From assembly GCA_003153505.1 (NCBI GenBank), contig PLZA01000025.1, forward strand, positions 4,513 through 68,512: a stretch of DNA of 64,000 nt, read 5' to 3'. The notes under the pieces were generated by a model. It did not search any database. It had not been told where the DNA came from and saw only the letters and a list, made by a program, of their open reading frames with translations. Below, in pieces: positions 8,146 through 16,929 of this stretch; positions within the stretch are counted from its first letter, which is position 1; every line of letters starts with the position of its first letter. The translations under genes were made by a program, and so were the position numbers. The stretch is from Candidatus Dormiibacterota bacterium. Its GTDB lineage: Bacteria > Chloroflexota > Dormibacteria > Aeolococcales > Aeolococcaceae.

Positions 8146-8440
8146 GCGGCCCTCTCGCAGGTCGGCGATGGCTTTGTCGATGCGGCGCTGCCGCGTCGGG
8201 GGTGAGGGTCACGAGCACGCTGTCTCCGGCGTTGACACCCGCGCCGGCACGATGCTCGGCGCTGATCGGCAGCATGAACACGCCGCCCATTGCTGCGACA
8301 GTGCTTCGGTAGCGGTAGCCGTTGATGGTGACGTTGACGGCGGCCCGCCGGCCGCCGCCAAGTCCTTCGACGATGTGCTCCGGTACCTCGATACCCGTCG
8401 CAGTCTTTCCCGAGAGCAGAATCGTCGCCTTGAATTTCAT
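8146..8440 (-). pseudogene. DUF1905 family protein gene with an apparent +1 frame discontinuity in a C5 run (8198-8202); authentic C-terminus ...TRQRRIDKAIADLREGRV* ends at a TAA sharing 2 nt with the TAG of the convergent ABC ATPase gene
   Basis: DUF1905 core MKFKATILLSGKTATGIEVPEHIVEGLGGGRRAAVNVTINGYRYRSTVAAMGGVFMLPISAEHRAGAGVNAGDSVLVTLTP is intact. After the CCCCC run the original frame becomes low-complexity nonsense and runs into the ABC gene. The +1 frame gives a typical YdeI/DUF1905 C-terminal helix. Confidence 0.55.
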
Positions 8441-8469
8441 GACGGCCCCACGAACTGCGTGCCGCCGAA

Positions 8470-8898
8470 TCAGCCGGCGGTCTGCAGCACCGGAGCCATC
8501 TGCGCGACGCGGATGTGGTTGCCGAACGGATCGCGGAGTCCGAAGTCGATGCCGTAGGGCTGCTCCGTCGTCTCCTGGGTGAACTCGACGCCCTTGGCGC
8601 GCAACTCCTCGTACGTCGTGCGGGCGTCAGAGGTTGTGAAGAAGAGGTGGCCGCCGGTTCGACCCTTGGTGAGGAGTGAGCGAACCTCGTCCGCCGTCGC
8701 CGGATCCATCGCGGGCGGCCCGGGCTTCTCGAGCATGATCTGGCGGTCCGGGTCGCCGGGAACGTTGACAGTCAGGAATCGCATGAAGCCGAGGTCCTGG
8801 TCGGTGTTGATCTCGAGGCCGAGCTTCCCCACGTAGAAGTCGACGGCCTGGTCCTGGTCGAGCACGTAAATCTGCGAGATTCTGAGGCTGCTGAGCAT
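8470..8898 (-). CDS. VOC family protein (glyoxalase/bleomycin resistance/dioxygenase fold)
   Basis: ISQIYVLDQDQAVDFYVGKLGLEI...HLFFTTSDARTTYEELRAKGVEF...DPFGNHIRV is a VOC beta-alpha-beta-beta-beta module. Confidence 0.75.
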   Translation of the reverse strand: MLSSLRISQIYVLDQDQAVDFYVGKLGLEINTDQDLGFMRFLTVNVPGDPDRQIMLEKPGPPAMDPATADEVRSLLTKGRTGGHLFFTTSDARTTYEELRAKGVEFTQETTEQPYGIDFGLRDPFGNHIRVAQMAPVLQTAG

Positions 8899-8939
8899 GT
8901 CACTGGTTCCCTTCGGTGAGTCGGTTGATTGGCGCCACG

Positions 8940-9362
8940 CTACCGGGTCGATCCGCGTCCGTCTTCTCCAAAACTGCTCGGTCTTGTCCAGGCCATGGCG
9001 AAGCAGGTCGGGACCGCAAGGATCTCTGCGCGCCGCCGGTATTCCGTCGGCGATTCACCGACGATCTGGTGGAAGGTCTTGCTGAACGTGCCCACGCTCG
9101 AGAAGCCGACGTCGAAGCAGATGTCAGTGATGCTCCGATCCGTGCAGCGCAGCAGGTAGAGCGCCCGCTCGACTCGCCGGCGTTGCAGGTAGCGGTGCGG
9201 GGTCTCCCCGAACGCGGCGCGAAACGTTCGAATGAAATGCGCCTCGGACACGAAGGCGATGCGCGCCAGCGCGGCAATGTCGAGCGGGTGGCCGTAGGTG
9301 AGATCCATGGCGTCGCGGGCTCGCAGCAGCCGACGATTGGAGTCCTCGACCGCCCGGGTCAT
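8940..9362 (-). CDS. AraC-family HTH protein (DNA-binding domain only, about 140 aa)
   Basis: LDIAALARIAFVSEAHFIRTFRAAFGETPHRYLQRRRVERALYLL...SITDICFDVGFSSVGTFSKTFHQIVGESPTEYRRR is an AraC-type double HTH. No N-terminal effector domain; start inferred at MTRAVED. Confidence 0.7.
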   Translation of the reverse strand: MTRAVEDSNRRLLRARDAMDLTYGHPLDIAALARIAFVSEAHFIRTFRAAFGETPHRYLQRRRVERALYLLRCTDRSITDICFDVGFSSVGTFSKTFHQIVGESPTEYRRRAEILAVPTCFAMAWTRPSSFGEDGRGSTR

Positions 9363-9706
9363 CGAGAGCCGGACGGCTTGCCCGGAAGCGACCGCGCGTA
9401 GGCGACTCCCTCGTGCACCCACCGCTGCAACAGTGCTTGGGTTCGAACCCCTTCGGGATCGACCCGCAGCCACCCCTGCATCTCCTGCCCGCGCATCACG
9501 GCAACCTCGGCATGAAGACGGCTCGCGAGCTCGGCGGTTCTCGCCGGATCGACGCGCACCAGAACCCCGCCCTGCCCGCTGGCGCTGATGGCCATGTTGC
9601 CGCCGATCAGGAAGGCGAGCCCGCCGAACATCCGCTTCTCGGTCAGCCCCGCCTCGTTACGGACCAGCTCGCGGATGCGGGCGGCCAGTTCCTCGTCAAA
9701 CGCCAT
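9359..9706 (-). CDS. TfoX/Sxy N-terminal domain protein
   Basis: MAFDEELAARIRELV...EKRMFGGLAFLIGGNMAISASGQGGVLVRVDP matches TfoX_N. It overlaps the AraC-HTH gene start by 4 nt. Confidence 0.7.
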   Translation of the reverse strand: MAFDEELAARIRELVRNEAGLTEKRMFGGLAFLIGGNMAISASGQGGVLVRVDPARTAELASRLHAEVAVMRGQEMQGWLRVDPEGVRTQALLQRWVHEGVAYARSLPGKPSGSR

Positions 9707-9762
9707 GCCCGCATTTTCGGTCAGCGGGCGGTGCGTCGGCTGTGGCTGGTGCGCTTGGCGGG

Positions 9763-10734
9763 TCAGCCCGGCGCGGGGGACGCACGGAACTCAAACGTTG
9801 TCCCCACCGATGGCTGAACGAACGCGTCCGGCATGGTGCGCGCCAGCGCGTGGACCGCGCGCCATCCCGTGCAATGCGCCGGCACGATGCGGTCGATGCC
9901 GACGGCGCCGATGTCCGCCACCGTCTCGGGAATGAGCGGCTCGAACAGTCCGCCGGTGAGATGGAAGCCGCCGATCAGACCTGCCACGCGCCGCTCGCCG
10001 GTCAACCGCTGCGCATTGCGGACCACGTTCACGATGCCCGCGTGCGAGCAGCCGGACACGATGACGAGCCCGCGGTCGCGCACGTTCACGACCAAGTTCT
10101 GGTCGTCCCACGTCCAGGGATCCGGCTCCCATGTCCCCGCCGCTCCGGACCTCGCGACCTGCACCGGAAAGCCTTTCTCGTAGGCGGTCACGCGCTCGAC
10201 CTGACCCGAGACCAGGACGGTGCCATCGATGAGCAGTGTCGGCCCGCGCTCCTCGATCACCGTCAGCCCTTCACGCTCGAGGTCGTTGTGACTGGGCGGC
10301 GGCAGGTGCATCTCGGCGCCCGTCGGAAAGACGATCTTTCGGTCCTGCCGCGCATCGGGGTGGATCACCAGTGGCAGGTGCATGGCGCCATGGCGGCGGA
10401 GGAGCCCCTCCAGCCCGCCGTGATGATCGACATGTCCGTGCGAGATGACGATCGCCCGCAGGTCGGACGCATCGATCTGCATCACGTCGAGGTTGTGCTG
10501 CAGGCCGAGGGCGGAAAGGCCGCCGTCGTACAGGACAGCGTGTCGACCTCCGTCAACTGTCACGGTGACCAGCGCCGAGAAGCCGTGCTCGGCAAGCAGG
10601 GCTTCGTGGTCCGACCAGTCGTACGCGAGCTTGAATCGCTGCACGCCTTCCTGTCCCGCCATGAGGATGTCGAGCGACAGGTCCATCACGAGGGTCACAT
10701 CGACCGCATCGACAGGAACAAGTGCAACAGTCAC
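9763..10734 (-). CDS. MBL-fold metallo-hydrolase
   Basis: Metallo-beta-lactamase fold with HxHxDH motif (VISHGHVDHHGG) and downstream His/Asp ligands. 323 aa. Confidence 0.75.
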   Translation of the reverse strand: MTVALVPVDAVDVTLVMDLSLDILMAGQEGVQRFKLAYDWSDHEALLAEHGFSALVTVTVDGGRHAVLYDGGLSALGLQHNLDVMQIDASDLRAIVISHGHVDHHGGLEGLLRRHGAMHLPLVIHPDARQDRKIVFPTGAEMHLPPPSHNDLEREGLTVIEERGPTLLIDGTVLVSGQVERVTAYEKGFPVQVARSGAAGTWEPDPWTWDDQNLVVNVRDRGLVIVSGCSHAGIVNVVRNAQRLTGERRVAGLIGGFHLTGGLFEPLIPETVADIGAVGIDRIVPAHCTGWRAVHALARTMPDAFVQPSVGTTFEFRASPAPG

Positions 10735-10991
10735 GACGGTGTTCGGAATCGTACCCTTGACCTCGATGGCGTGTCGGTTCGAGCAATCGAGCGGCCGTCA
10801 AGGTGCTGACGCGTCACGACCTCGACTGGTCCGCATCGGCGTCCACGGCGAGCGAGGGGCTGTGGACAAGGCGCTCAAGGGCGCGCGCCTGCACCGATAG
10901 GCGCCCAGAGCGCTCCCGCCGGAATCCGCAATCGGACTGCAATCAGCCCAAGCGACGATCCCGGACGTCGTATAACACCAGGAGCGTCACC

Positions 10992-11375
10992 ATGACAGAC
11001 CCGATCGACAGGTTCACCCAGGCGATCGAAACCGCGTCCATGAGCGGATCAGGCGTGTTCGCCGAGGATGCGGTTCTCGATGCGACAGTGCCCCACTGGC
11101 GTTTCACCGTCAGCGGCGCGACCAGCGTCGAGGCTGAGCTGGGTCGCTGGTTTGCCGACCCGGGTCGCTTCGAGGAGATCCGCCGTACCCCGCTGCCCGA
11201 CGGCGCGCTCGTCGAGTTCGTGCTCACCTGGGAGGAGGACGGTGAGCCGCACATGGTCCACCAGGCGCACGTGATCGAGGTTCGCGATGGTCTGATCACC
11301 CGTGACCAGGCCTGGTGCGGGGGCCGCTGGGGCGCAGCGCTCCAGGCTGAGATGGCAGAGGCCGCGCGTCTGTGA
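10992..11375 (+). CDS. SnoaL-like / NTF2-like small protein (hypothetical)
   Basis: MTDPIDRFTQAIETASMSGSGVFAEDAVLDATVPHWRFTVSGATSVEAELGRWF...VEFVLTWEEDGEPHMVHQAHVIEVRDGLI is an alpha+beta-barrel NTF2-like pattern. Start inferred at MTDPID. Confidence 0.45.
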   Translation: MTDPIDRFTQAIETASMSGSGVFAEDAVLDATVPHWRFTVSGATSVEAELGRWFADPGRFEEIRRTPLPDGALVEFVLTWEEDGEPHMVHQAHVIEVRDGLITRDQAWCGGRWGAALQAEMAEAARL

Positions 11376-12379
11376 CAGCCCTCTCCTCGACGCAGAGGAC
11401 CGTTGAGGTCGCGGAGTCGGTCGAGGTGCTCCTGCGGGGCGTCGAGCGCCGCGAACCGCTGCAGACCGCCGACTCGCTGTCGGGCAGCCGTTTCGAGCGC
11501 GTTGTCATCGGCGGCGCTCCGCTGATCGTGAAATACCTCTCACTCGACGACGACTGGATCATGCGCGCCACCGGCGACCTGGGCCGGCGCCAGCTGACGC
11601 TCCTGTCCTCCGGGGTCCTCGATGCGCTACCCGGATGCATCGACCACGCCATCGTCGGGTGCGCTCCCTTCATCACGAGTCGCGGGCATCAGGGCATGGC
11701 GCTCCTCATGCGCGACGTCTCCGCTGCGCTGGTCCCCTCGGGGAACGAGCCCATCGCACGCGATCTGCATCGCGGCTTCATTGACCACATGGCATCGCTC
11801 CATGCGCACTACTGGGGTTTTCGCGACGAGCACGGTCTCTTTCCGCTTGCCCATCACTTCGTGGTACTGACGCCGATGATGGCCGCGCTCGAGGCCGAGT
11901 TCCCGCATGGCGATCCCGTGCCCCCGGCGGTGGCGGACGGATGGCGGCAGCTCGGCGAGCGGTACCCGGCGCTTGCGCGCCGCCTCGTCGAGCTGGCGAA
12001 CGATCCGTGGCCGCTGGTCACCGCGCTCCGGGCCGGACCGCAGACGCTCGTGCACGGCGACTGGAAGCTGGGCAACCTCGGAAGCGATGGGTCACGGACC
12101 ATCCTGCTGGACTGGGACCGCACCGGTGAAGGGCCGGCACTGCTCGACCTCGCCTGGTATCTCGCGGTGAATTGCGACCGGCTGCCGGAGACGAAGGAAG
12201 ACACCATCGCGGCATATCGAGCAGCGCTCGAAGCCGCCGGAATCGCAGCCGATGCGTGGTGGGATGCGCAGCTTGCGGCCGCCCTCGCCGGAGCGTTCCT
12301 GCAGCTCGGCTGGTCCAAAACCGGCGACGCGACCGAGTTCGCATGGTGGAGCGAGCGCCTCGCCGCGTGGCAGCCGTAA
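11372..12379 (+). CDS. phosphotransferase enzyme family protein (APH/choline-kinase-like)
   Basis: Brenner/catalytic motif LVHGDWKLGNL and activation segment ILLDWDRTGEGPALLDLAWYL. 335 aa. Confidence 0.75.
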   Translation: MTALSSTQRTVEVAESVEVLLRGVERREPLQTADSLSGSRFERVVIGGAPLIVKYLSLDDDWIMRATGDLGRRQLTLLSSGVLDALPGCIDHAIVGCAPFITSRGHQGMALLMRDVSAALVPSGNEPIARDLHRGFIDHMASLHAHYWGFRDEHGLFPLAHHFVVLTPMMAALEAEFPHGDPVPPAVADGWRQLGERYPALARRLVELANDPWPLVTALRAGPQTLVHGDWKLGNLGSDGSRTILLDWDRTGEGPALLDLAWYLAVNCDRLPETKEDTIAAYRAALEAAGIAADAWWDAQLAAALAGAFLQLGWSKTGDATEFAWWSERLAAWQP

Positions 12380-13167
12380 GCGCGGGACCGAGCAGCGCCT
12401 ATCAGGGCGTCGCAGCAGCATGGGCGCGAGGCCCGGCGGCGCTCTACGACGCGCTGGCCACGGTGGCGATCGCGGAGGTCGCCCACGAGCTTGCGGGGGC
12501 GACGGTGCTCGACGTCGGCGCCGGGACGGGCGCGCTCTGTCGCGCGCTGCGATCAGCGGGAGCGGTGCCCATCGCGGTCGACACGTCGGCAGACATGCTC
12601 CGCCTCGCCGGCGCTGCAGCCGCGTTTACCGTGGTCGCCGACATGTGCGCGCTGCCCATCAATGAGAGAAGCGTTGACGCGGCGGTGAGCGGGTTCGCCA
12701 TCTCGCATCTCCACCAGCCGGAGCGCGCGCTGGAGGAGATGCGCCGCGTGGTGCGACCGCACGGACGCGTCGTCGCGGCAGTGTTCGGTGAAGCTCCTGC
12801 GAGTGCGGCGAAGGACGTCGTCGATACTGTCGTCAAGGACTACGGGTATCAGCCGCCGGACTGGTATCTCGAGCTCAAGAACGGCACCGAGCCACGATCC
12901 AACACGCCCGCGCTGCTCCGGCACTGTGCCGAGAGCGCACGCCTCGACGCCATCGAGGTCGCCGACATCAGCGTCGAGCCCGGTCTCGACACGCCCGAGG
13001 CGATCACCGCGTATCGCACCGGTCTGGCGCATGTCGCGCCGTTCATTGCGGCGTTGCCGATGGCGCAACGCGACGAGCTCATCAGTCGCGCTGTCGCAGC
13101 GGTTCGAAACCGCGGTCAAGCCGTGCGGCCGCGAGTCCTGGTGCTCTCGAGTCGCGTTCCAGCGTAA
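12367..13167 (+). CDS. class I SAM-dependent methyltransferase
   Basis: Motif I VLDVGAGTGAL; post-I acidic D in IAVDTSADM; motif II/III ...AAVSGFAISHL...RVVRPHGRVV. GTG start inferred, overlapping the upstream stop. Confidence 0.7.
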   Translation: MAAVSAGPSSAYQGVAAAWARGPAALYDALATVAIAEVAHELAGATVLDVGAGTGALCRALRSAGAVPIAVDTSADMLRLAGAAAAFTVVADMCALPINERSVDAAVSGFAISHLHQPERALEEMRRVVRPHGRVVAAVFGEAPASAAKDVVDTVVKDYGYQPPDWYLELKNGTEPRSNTPALLRHCAESARLDAIEVADISVEPGLDTPEAITAYRTGLAHVAPFIAALPMAQRDELISRAVAAVRNRGQAVRPRVLVLSSRVPA

Positions 13168-16100
13168 TCAAGGAACGCCGCGCGCACCGACGCGTCGAGG
13201 TGTCCCGCGAGCCGGTCCCGATGCGCGTCCGCGAGGCCGAAGCACACGTCCGATCCCAGCGACGCGCCAAGCTCCGCCAGCACCCACCATGCTTCAATGC
13301 CGGCAACGGCCGACAGCGACGAGCTCAGCTCGGTCAGCACCTCCGGCGCCGGCGGCTCGGCCCCAAGCCCGGCACGGGCCTGCAGGCGAAGCACCTCGCC
13401 GAGCTGCGCATACCTGGGCGCATAGCGGTCCGTCGCACCCGCGATGAGGCGCTCGGCGAACTGGAGCGCCGCGTCCGGGTCGTTGCGGAGCAGCGCGATC
13501 CGCCCCTCGAGGAGGTCGAGCCGCAGCTCGTTGCGCCATCGGTACGCGTACGGTTCCTCCATCCGTGCACGCGCCGCGTCGATTCCATGGCGCGCGGCCG
13601 TGACATCTCGCGCGGCGATCGGATCGTCGCAGGGGTCGAGGAGCGCATACACCTCGAGCTCGCGATACCCCGAGTCGCGGGCAGGGTCGAGCGCCGCCGC
13701 GTTGGCTTCGCGAGCCCGGTCGATCTCACCGATGTTGCGCAGGACCCACGCGCCCATGTTCGCGCCGAGCGCCGCGTACCTGACCAACCCTCGCCGGCGG
13801 GCCTCAGCCACCGCGCGCTCGAGGACAGCGCCTGCCTCGGCCGCGCGACCGCATGTCGCCAGCGCGTACCCGTGAGCCAGATAGCCGTGCACCGGCGTGT
13901 AGATGATCGTCGACGCGGCGTCCGCGGCGGCGAGCGGGCTCGCCTCGATGGCGCTGATCGCGAGGCCGACCTCGCCCATGTGGACTTTCAGGAACGCGTA
14001 CACGGAGGTGGGCTGACGCAGCCGGTGTTTTCTGCACTCGGCTATGGCCTGCTCCATCGCATCGTCAGCGCCGACGACGTCGCCGATTGCGTGCAGTGCG
14101 CGAGCCTTGATCACCCCTCCTTGCACTCGCTGGCTCGGGTCGCCGGACTGCTGGATGAGTGCCTCGCCGAAACGTGCGGCGTGGACGAAATCCTTGCAGT
14201 AGTACGCGACGGCGCCTGCAACCTCGAGGGCCCGCGAGTCGGCGGCGACCCCGACGGCACTGGCGGCATCGGCCTGCGCAGCGTCGAACCGTGCAAGTCG
14301 CAGTTGCACAACAGCACGCTGGATGCGCGCATCGGCCGTGTCGTCAGCATCGATCGCCTCGGTGGCGAGGTCCAGCGCCGTCGCATAGTCGAATCGATCT
14401 GCGGCGATACGGCTTGCGCTGGTGAGCGCCGCCGAGGCGAGCGTTCGCGCGCCGCTGAGCCGGGCGTGATGCGCCACCAGGAGCGGATCCGCCGCCGGCC
14501 TGGTCGACAGCACGCGAGCCGCTTCCCGATGCAGGAGGGCACGCCGGGGCGACGCGGTGGACATGTCCAGGGCCTCACGCACGATCGCGTGGCGGAAGGC
14601 GTACGCGCCTTCTCGCGCCTCCAGCAGCCCGAGGCGCACACCGACATCGAGGTCCTCGAGCAGCAGGATCGGATCGGTCCTGAGTACCGCCGCGAGGACG
14701 TCGATGTCGATGGAGGCTCCGAGAACGGCCGCGCTCATCAACGTCCGCGCCGCTGTGCCCGCCTCCGAGCAGCGATCGAGCACGGCCGCCTGGATCGACG
14801 CCGGCGGGGCGGCATGCTCATCGCTCGACGCCAGCTGCGTGAGAAAGAGTGCGTTGCCACCGCTGCGTTCGTGCAGGCGGCGAGCGTGCTCCTCCCCGAC
14901 GATCTGTCGCGCCGCTTCGAGCGACAGCGGAGATAGCACGATGCGTGTCGCCTGCGCCGGCACCTCGCCTTCCTCGGTGCGGCGCGTCAGCAGCACCAGC
15001 AGGAGCAGGTCAGGGCTCGCGATCAATTCGTTGATCCAGGCCCACGTGAGCGGATCGGCCCGCTGCAGGTCATCGATGAAGAGCACCGCGGGTGACGTGC
15101 AGGCCCGGCGAACGAACCGCCGCAATGCGGCAAAAGCAACCGCGAGACCGGCGAGCGACGATGCCTGCGTCTGCGTGATGTCCCCAAATGGCACGCTCTC
15201 CGTCGAGCTCCAGTCGAGCATTGGCTCGAGCAGCAACGCGTCGGCGCCAAGCAGCTCGAGCCCGACATCGGTGCCGACCTTGCGCAGGTGGTTGCGGATC
15301 ATCTGCAGCACGGGCTGGAGGGGGAGCGATCTGCTCAACTGGTCGCAGCGCGCGGAGAGCACCACGGTGTCGGGGCCCAGCCGATCGATCCAAGCCGACG
15401 CGACGGCTGTCTTGCCGATTCCAGGCTCTCCCTCGATGACAACAGCGGCCGGGGATCCCGTCTGCGCCCTGGCAAACGCCTCGTCGAGCGCGCGCAGCTC
15501 GTCGTCCCGTCCGGGGAGGTCCGCTCCACCGCCGCTCCGGCGCGGACGTGACCGTGACGACGCCACGACGATGCCGGGAACGCGCAGCCCTTTGAGGACC
15601 GCGATATGCACGGCGGTGGTGAGCTCGGAGGGTGAGCTGCCGAGCTCATCGTCGAGACGGGCGCGCATGCGCTCGTACATCGCGAGCGCAGACGACGACC
15701 TGCCCTGGGCGGCCAGCGCCGCCATGACCAGCCGCAATGATTCCTCGTCGTACGGATCCTCATCGAGAGCCTGTTCAGCCGCCTCGACACCGGTGGCGAG
15801 ATCCCCGGCGGCGAACGCGGCTCGCGCAACCAGGTGCCGGGATCGGGCGCACAGGCGCTCGACAGCCCGTCGTTCCTCCGCCGGCCACGCCTCCTCGTCG
15901 AGCGCCGGGTGCGCGAGCAGGGCCCGAGCCGCCGCGGCCGCGGCAAGCGCGGGCGCGGGCTGGTCCTCGTGCAGCCGGCGGTCTGCCTCCGATGCGAGTT
16001 CCGACGCCGCGGTCAGGTCGACCCACTCGGCATGCAACGCGTACCCGGCGTCGCTGTGGGTGATGCGCCCGGCCCCGAAAACGCCCCGGAGCCTGCTCAT

Positions 16101-16388
16101 GATCACCGCCAGTTGGGCGGGTGGGTCGCGCGGCTGATCGTCGACCCAGAGAACGTCAGCGAGGCGCTCGATGCTGACCGGACGCCCCTGCGCGATACCG
16201 AGCACCCTCAGCGCAAGTCGGGCTTTGCGGCTGCCGAGCTGATGCTCGGAGAACCCTTCGACGGAGAGCCCGCCGATGACGTGGACTCGCACCTCGTCCG
16301 GCAACGACGCCGGGCGCACCGACGGCGGTGCCTCAGCGCGGACCACGGCACCTAGGATACGTGGCGCGGGTCCGCGCGAGGGCAGCAC
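13116..16388 (-). CDS. AfsR/SARP-family STAND regulator: N-terminal OmpR-type wHTH + BTAD, central NB-ARC/AAA ATPase (GEPGIGKT), C-terminal TPR array
   Basis: VHVIGGLSVEGFSEHQLGSRKARLALRVLG...RLADVLWVDDQPRDPPAQLAVIMSRLR (wHTH); BTAD helices; Walker A VIEGEPGIGKTAV; a long TPR-like C-terminal region. 1090 aa. Confidence 0.8.
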   Translation of the reverse strand: MLPSRGPAPRILGAVVRAEAPPSVRPASLPDEVRVHVIGGLSVEGFSEHQLGSRKARLALRVLGIAQGRPVSIERLADVLWVDDQPRDPPAQLAVIMSRLRGVFGAGRITHSDAGYALHAEWVDLTAASELASEADRRLHEDQPAPALAAAAAARALLAHPALDEEAWPAEERRAVERLCARSRHLVARAAFAAGDLATGVEAAEQALDEDPYDEESLRLVMAALAAQGRSSSALAMYERMRARLDDELGSSPSELTTAVHIAVLKGLRVPGIVVASSRSRPRRSGGGADLPGRDDELRALDEAFARAQTGSPAAVVIEGEPGIGKTAVASAWIDRLGPDTVVLSARCDQLSRSLPLQPVLQMIRNHLRKVGTDVGLELLGADALLLEPMLDWSSTESVPFGDITQTQASSLAGLAVAFAALRRFVRRACTSPAVLFIDDLQRADPLTWAWINELIASPDLLLLVLLTRRTEEGEVPAQATRIVLSPLSLEAARQIVGEEHARRLHERSGGNALFLTQLASSDEHAAPPASIQAAVLDRCSEAGTAARTLMSAAVLGASIDIDVLAAVLRTDPILLLEDLDVGVRLGLLEAREGAYAFRHAIVREALDMSTASPRRALLHREAARVLSTRPAADPLLVAHHARLSGARTLASAALTSASRIAADRFDYATALDLATEAIDADDTADARIQRAVVQLRLARFDAAQADAASAVGVAADSRALEVAGAVAYYCKDFVHAARFGEALIQQSGDPSQRVQGGVIKARALHAIGDVVGADDAMEQAIAECRKHRLRQPTSVYAFLKVHMGEVGLAISAIEASPLAAADAASTIIYTPVHGYLAHGYALATCGRAAEAGAVLERAVAEARRRGLVRYAALGANMGAWVLRNIGEIDRAREANAAALDPARDSGYRELEVYALLDPCDDPIAARDVTAARHGIDAARARMEEPYAYRWRNELRLDLLEGRIALLRNDPDAALQFAERLIAGATDRYAPRYAQLGEVLRLQARAGLGAEPPAPEVLTELSSSLSAVAGIEAWWVLAELGASLGSDVCFGLADAHRDRLAGHLDASVRAAFLDYAGTRLESTRTRGRTA

Positions 16389-16402
16389 CTAGCGAGCCTG
16401 AA

Positions 16403-16771
16403 TCACGCCTTCCCGTAGTTGCTCGCGCCGTTCCAGTCGATGAGCACGACCGGCTCGTCACCGACCACCCAGGCGTCATGACCCGACGGCAGCGCGGTGA
16501 TGTCGCCGGTTCGCGCGTCGAACTCGCTGCCGTCCGCCATCCGGATGCGGAGCACGCCGGACGCGTGGTACTGAAAATGCGGCGCCTCGCAGAGCTCGGT
16601 CCCCGCGATCGGCTTCACGTGCACTGACCACCGCCACCCTGGCTGCAGGGTCAGGCGCCCGACCGTGCCGCCACCGATGTTGACGAGATCGACCCGTCCC
16701 TTCTCGAAAACCCGCTCCTCGTCCGGGCTGCTCAGGGTCTTGTGTTCCGCCGTGATCGTGGTTGGCATCGC
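16403..16771 (-). CDS. cupin domain protein
   Basis: Double-stranded beta-helix motifs (...GRVDLVNIGGGTVGRLTLQPGWRWS...HFQYHASGVLRIRMADGSEF). Start inferred at MPTTITAEH. Confidence 0.55.
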   Translation of the reverse strand, partial: AMPTTITAEHKTLSSPDEERVFEKGRVDLVNIGGGTVGRLTLQPGWRWSVHVKPIAGTELCEAPHFQYHASGVLRIRMADGSEFDARTGDITALPSGHDAWVVGDEPVVLIDWNGASNYGKA

Positions 16772-16929
16772 ATGCCTCCTGTGAATGCTCGTGGCGCCGT
16801 CGCAGCGCCTCGAGTCGGCATCCTGCGCAGCGGCGATTGCAGGATCCATGCAGCTTGGTCAGGAAGCGTCGGCGGCAGGTCCGGGACTTCGTTGTTGAGG
16901 AAGAGACAGACGCGAGGCTGCCGCTGCCT

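Noticed and set aside
13200-16137. Large plus-strand ORFs (13200..14936, 14557..16137) opposite the SARP regulator gene
   Set aside because: Their products are Arg/Ala/Gly-rich low-complexity sequence, as expected for the antisense of GC-rich genes. The minus-strand product has a clear, complete domain architecture.
13116-16388. STAND NTPase (NB-ARC + TPR) proteins interpreted as Avs-like antiphage defence sensors
   Set aside because: Both large STAND proteins begin with an OmpR-type winged helix plus BTAD, which is the hallmark of SARP/AfsR transcriptional activators. No nuclease or other effector domain is present.
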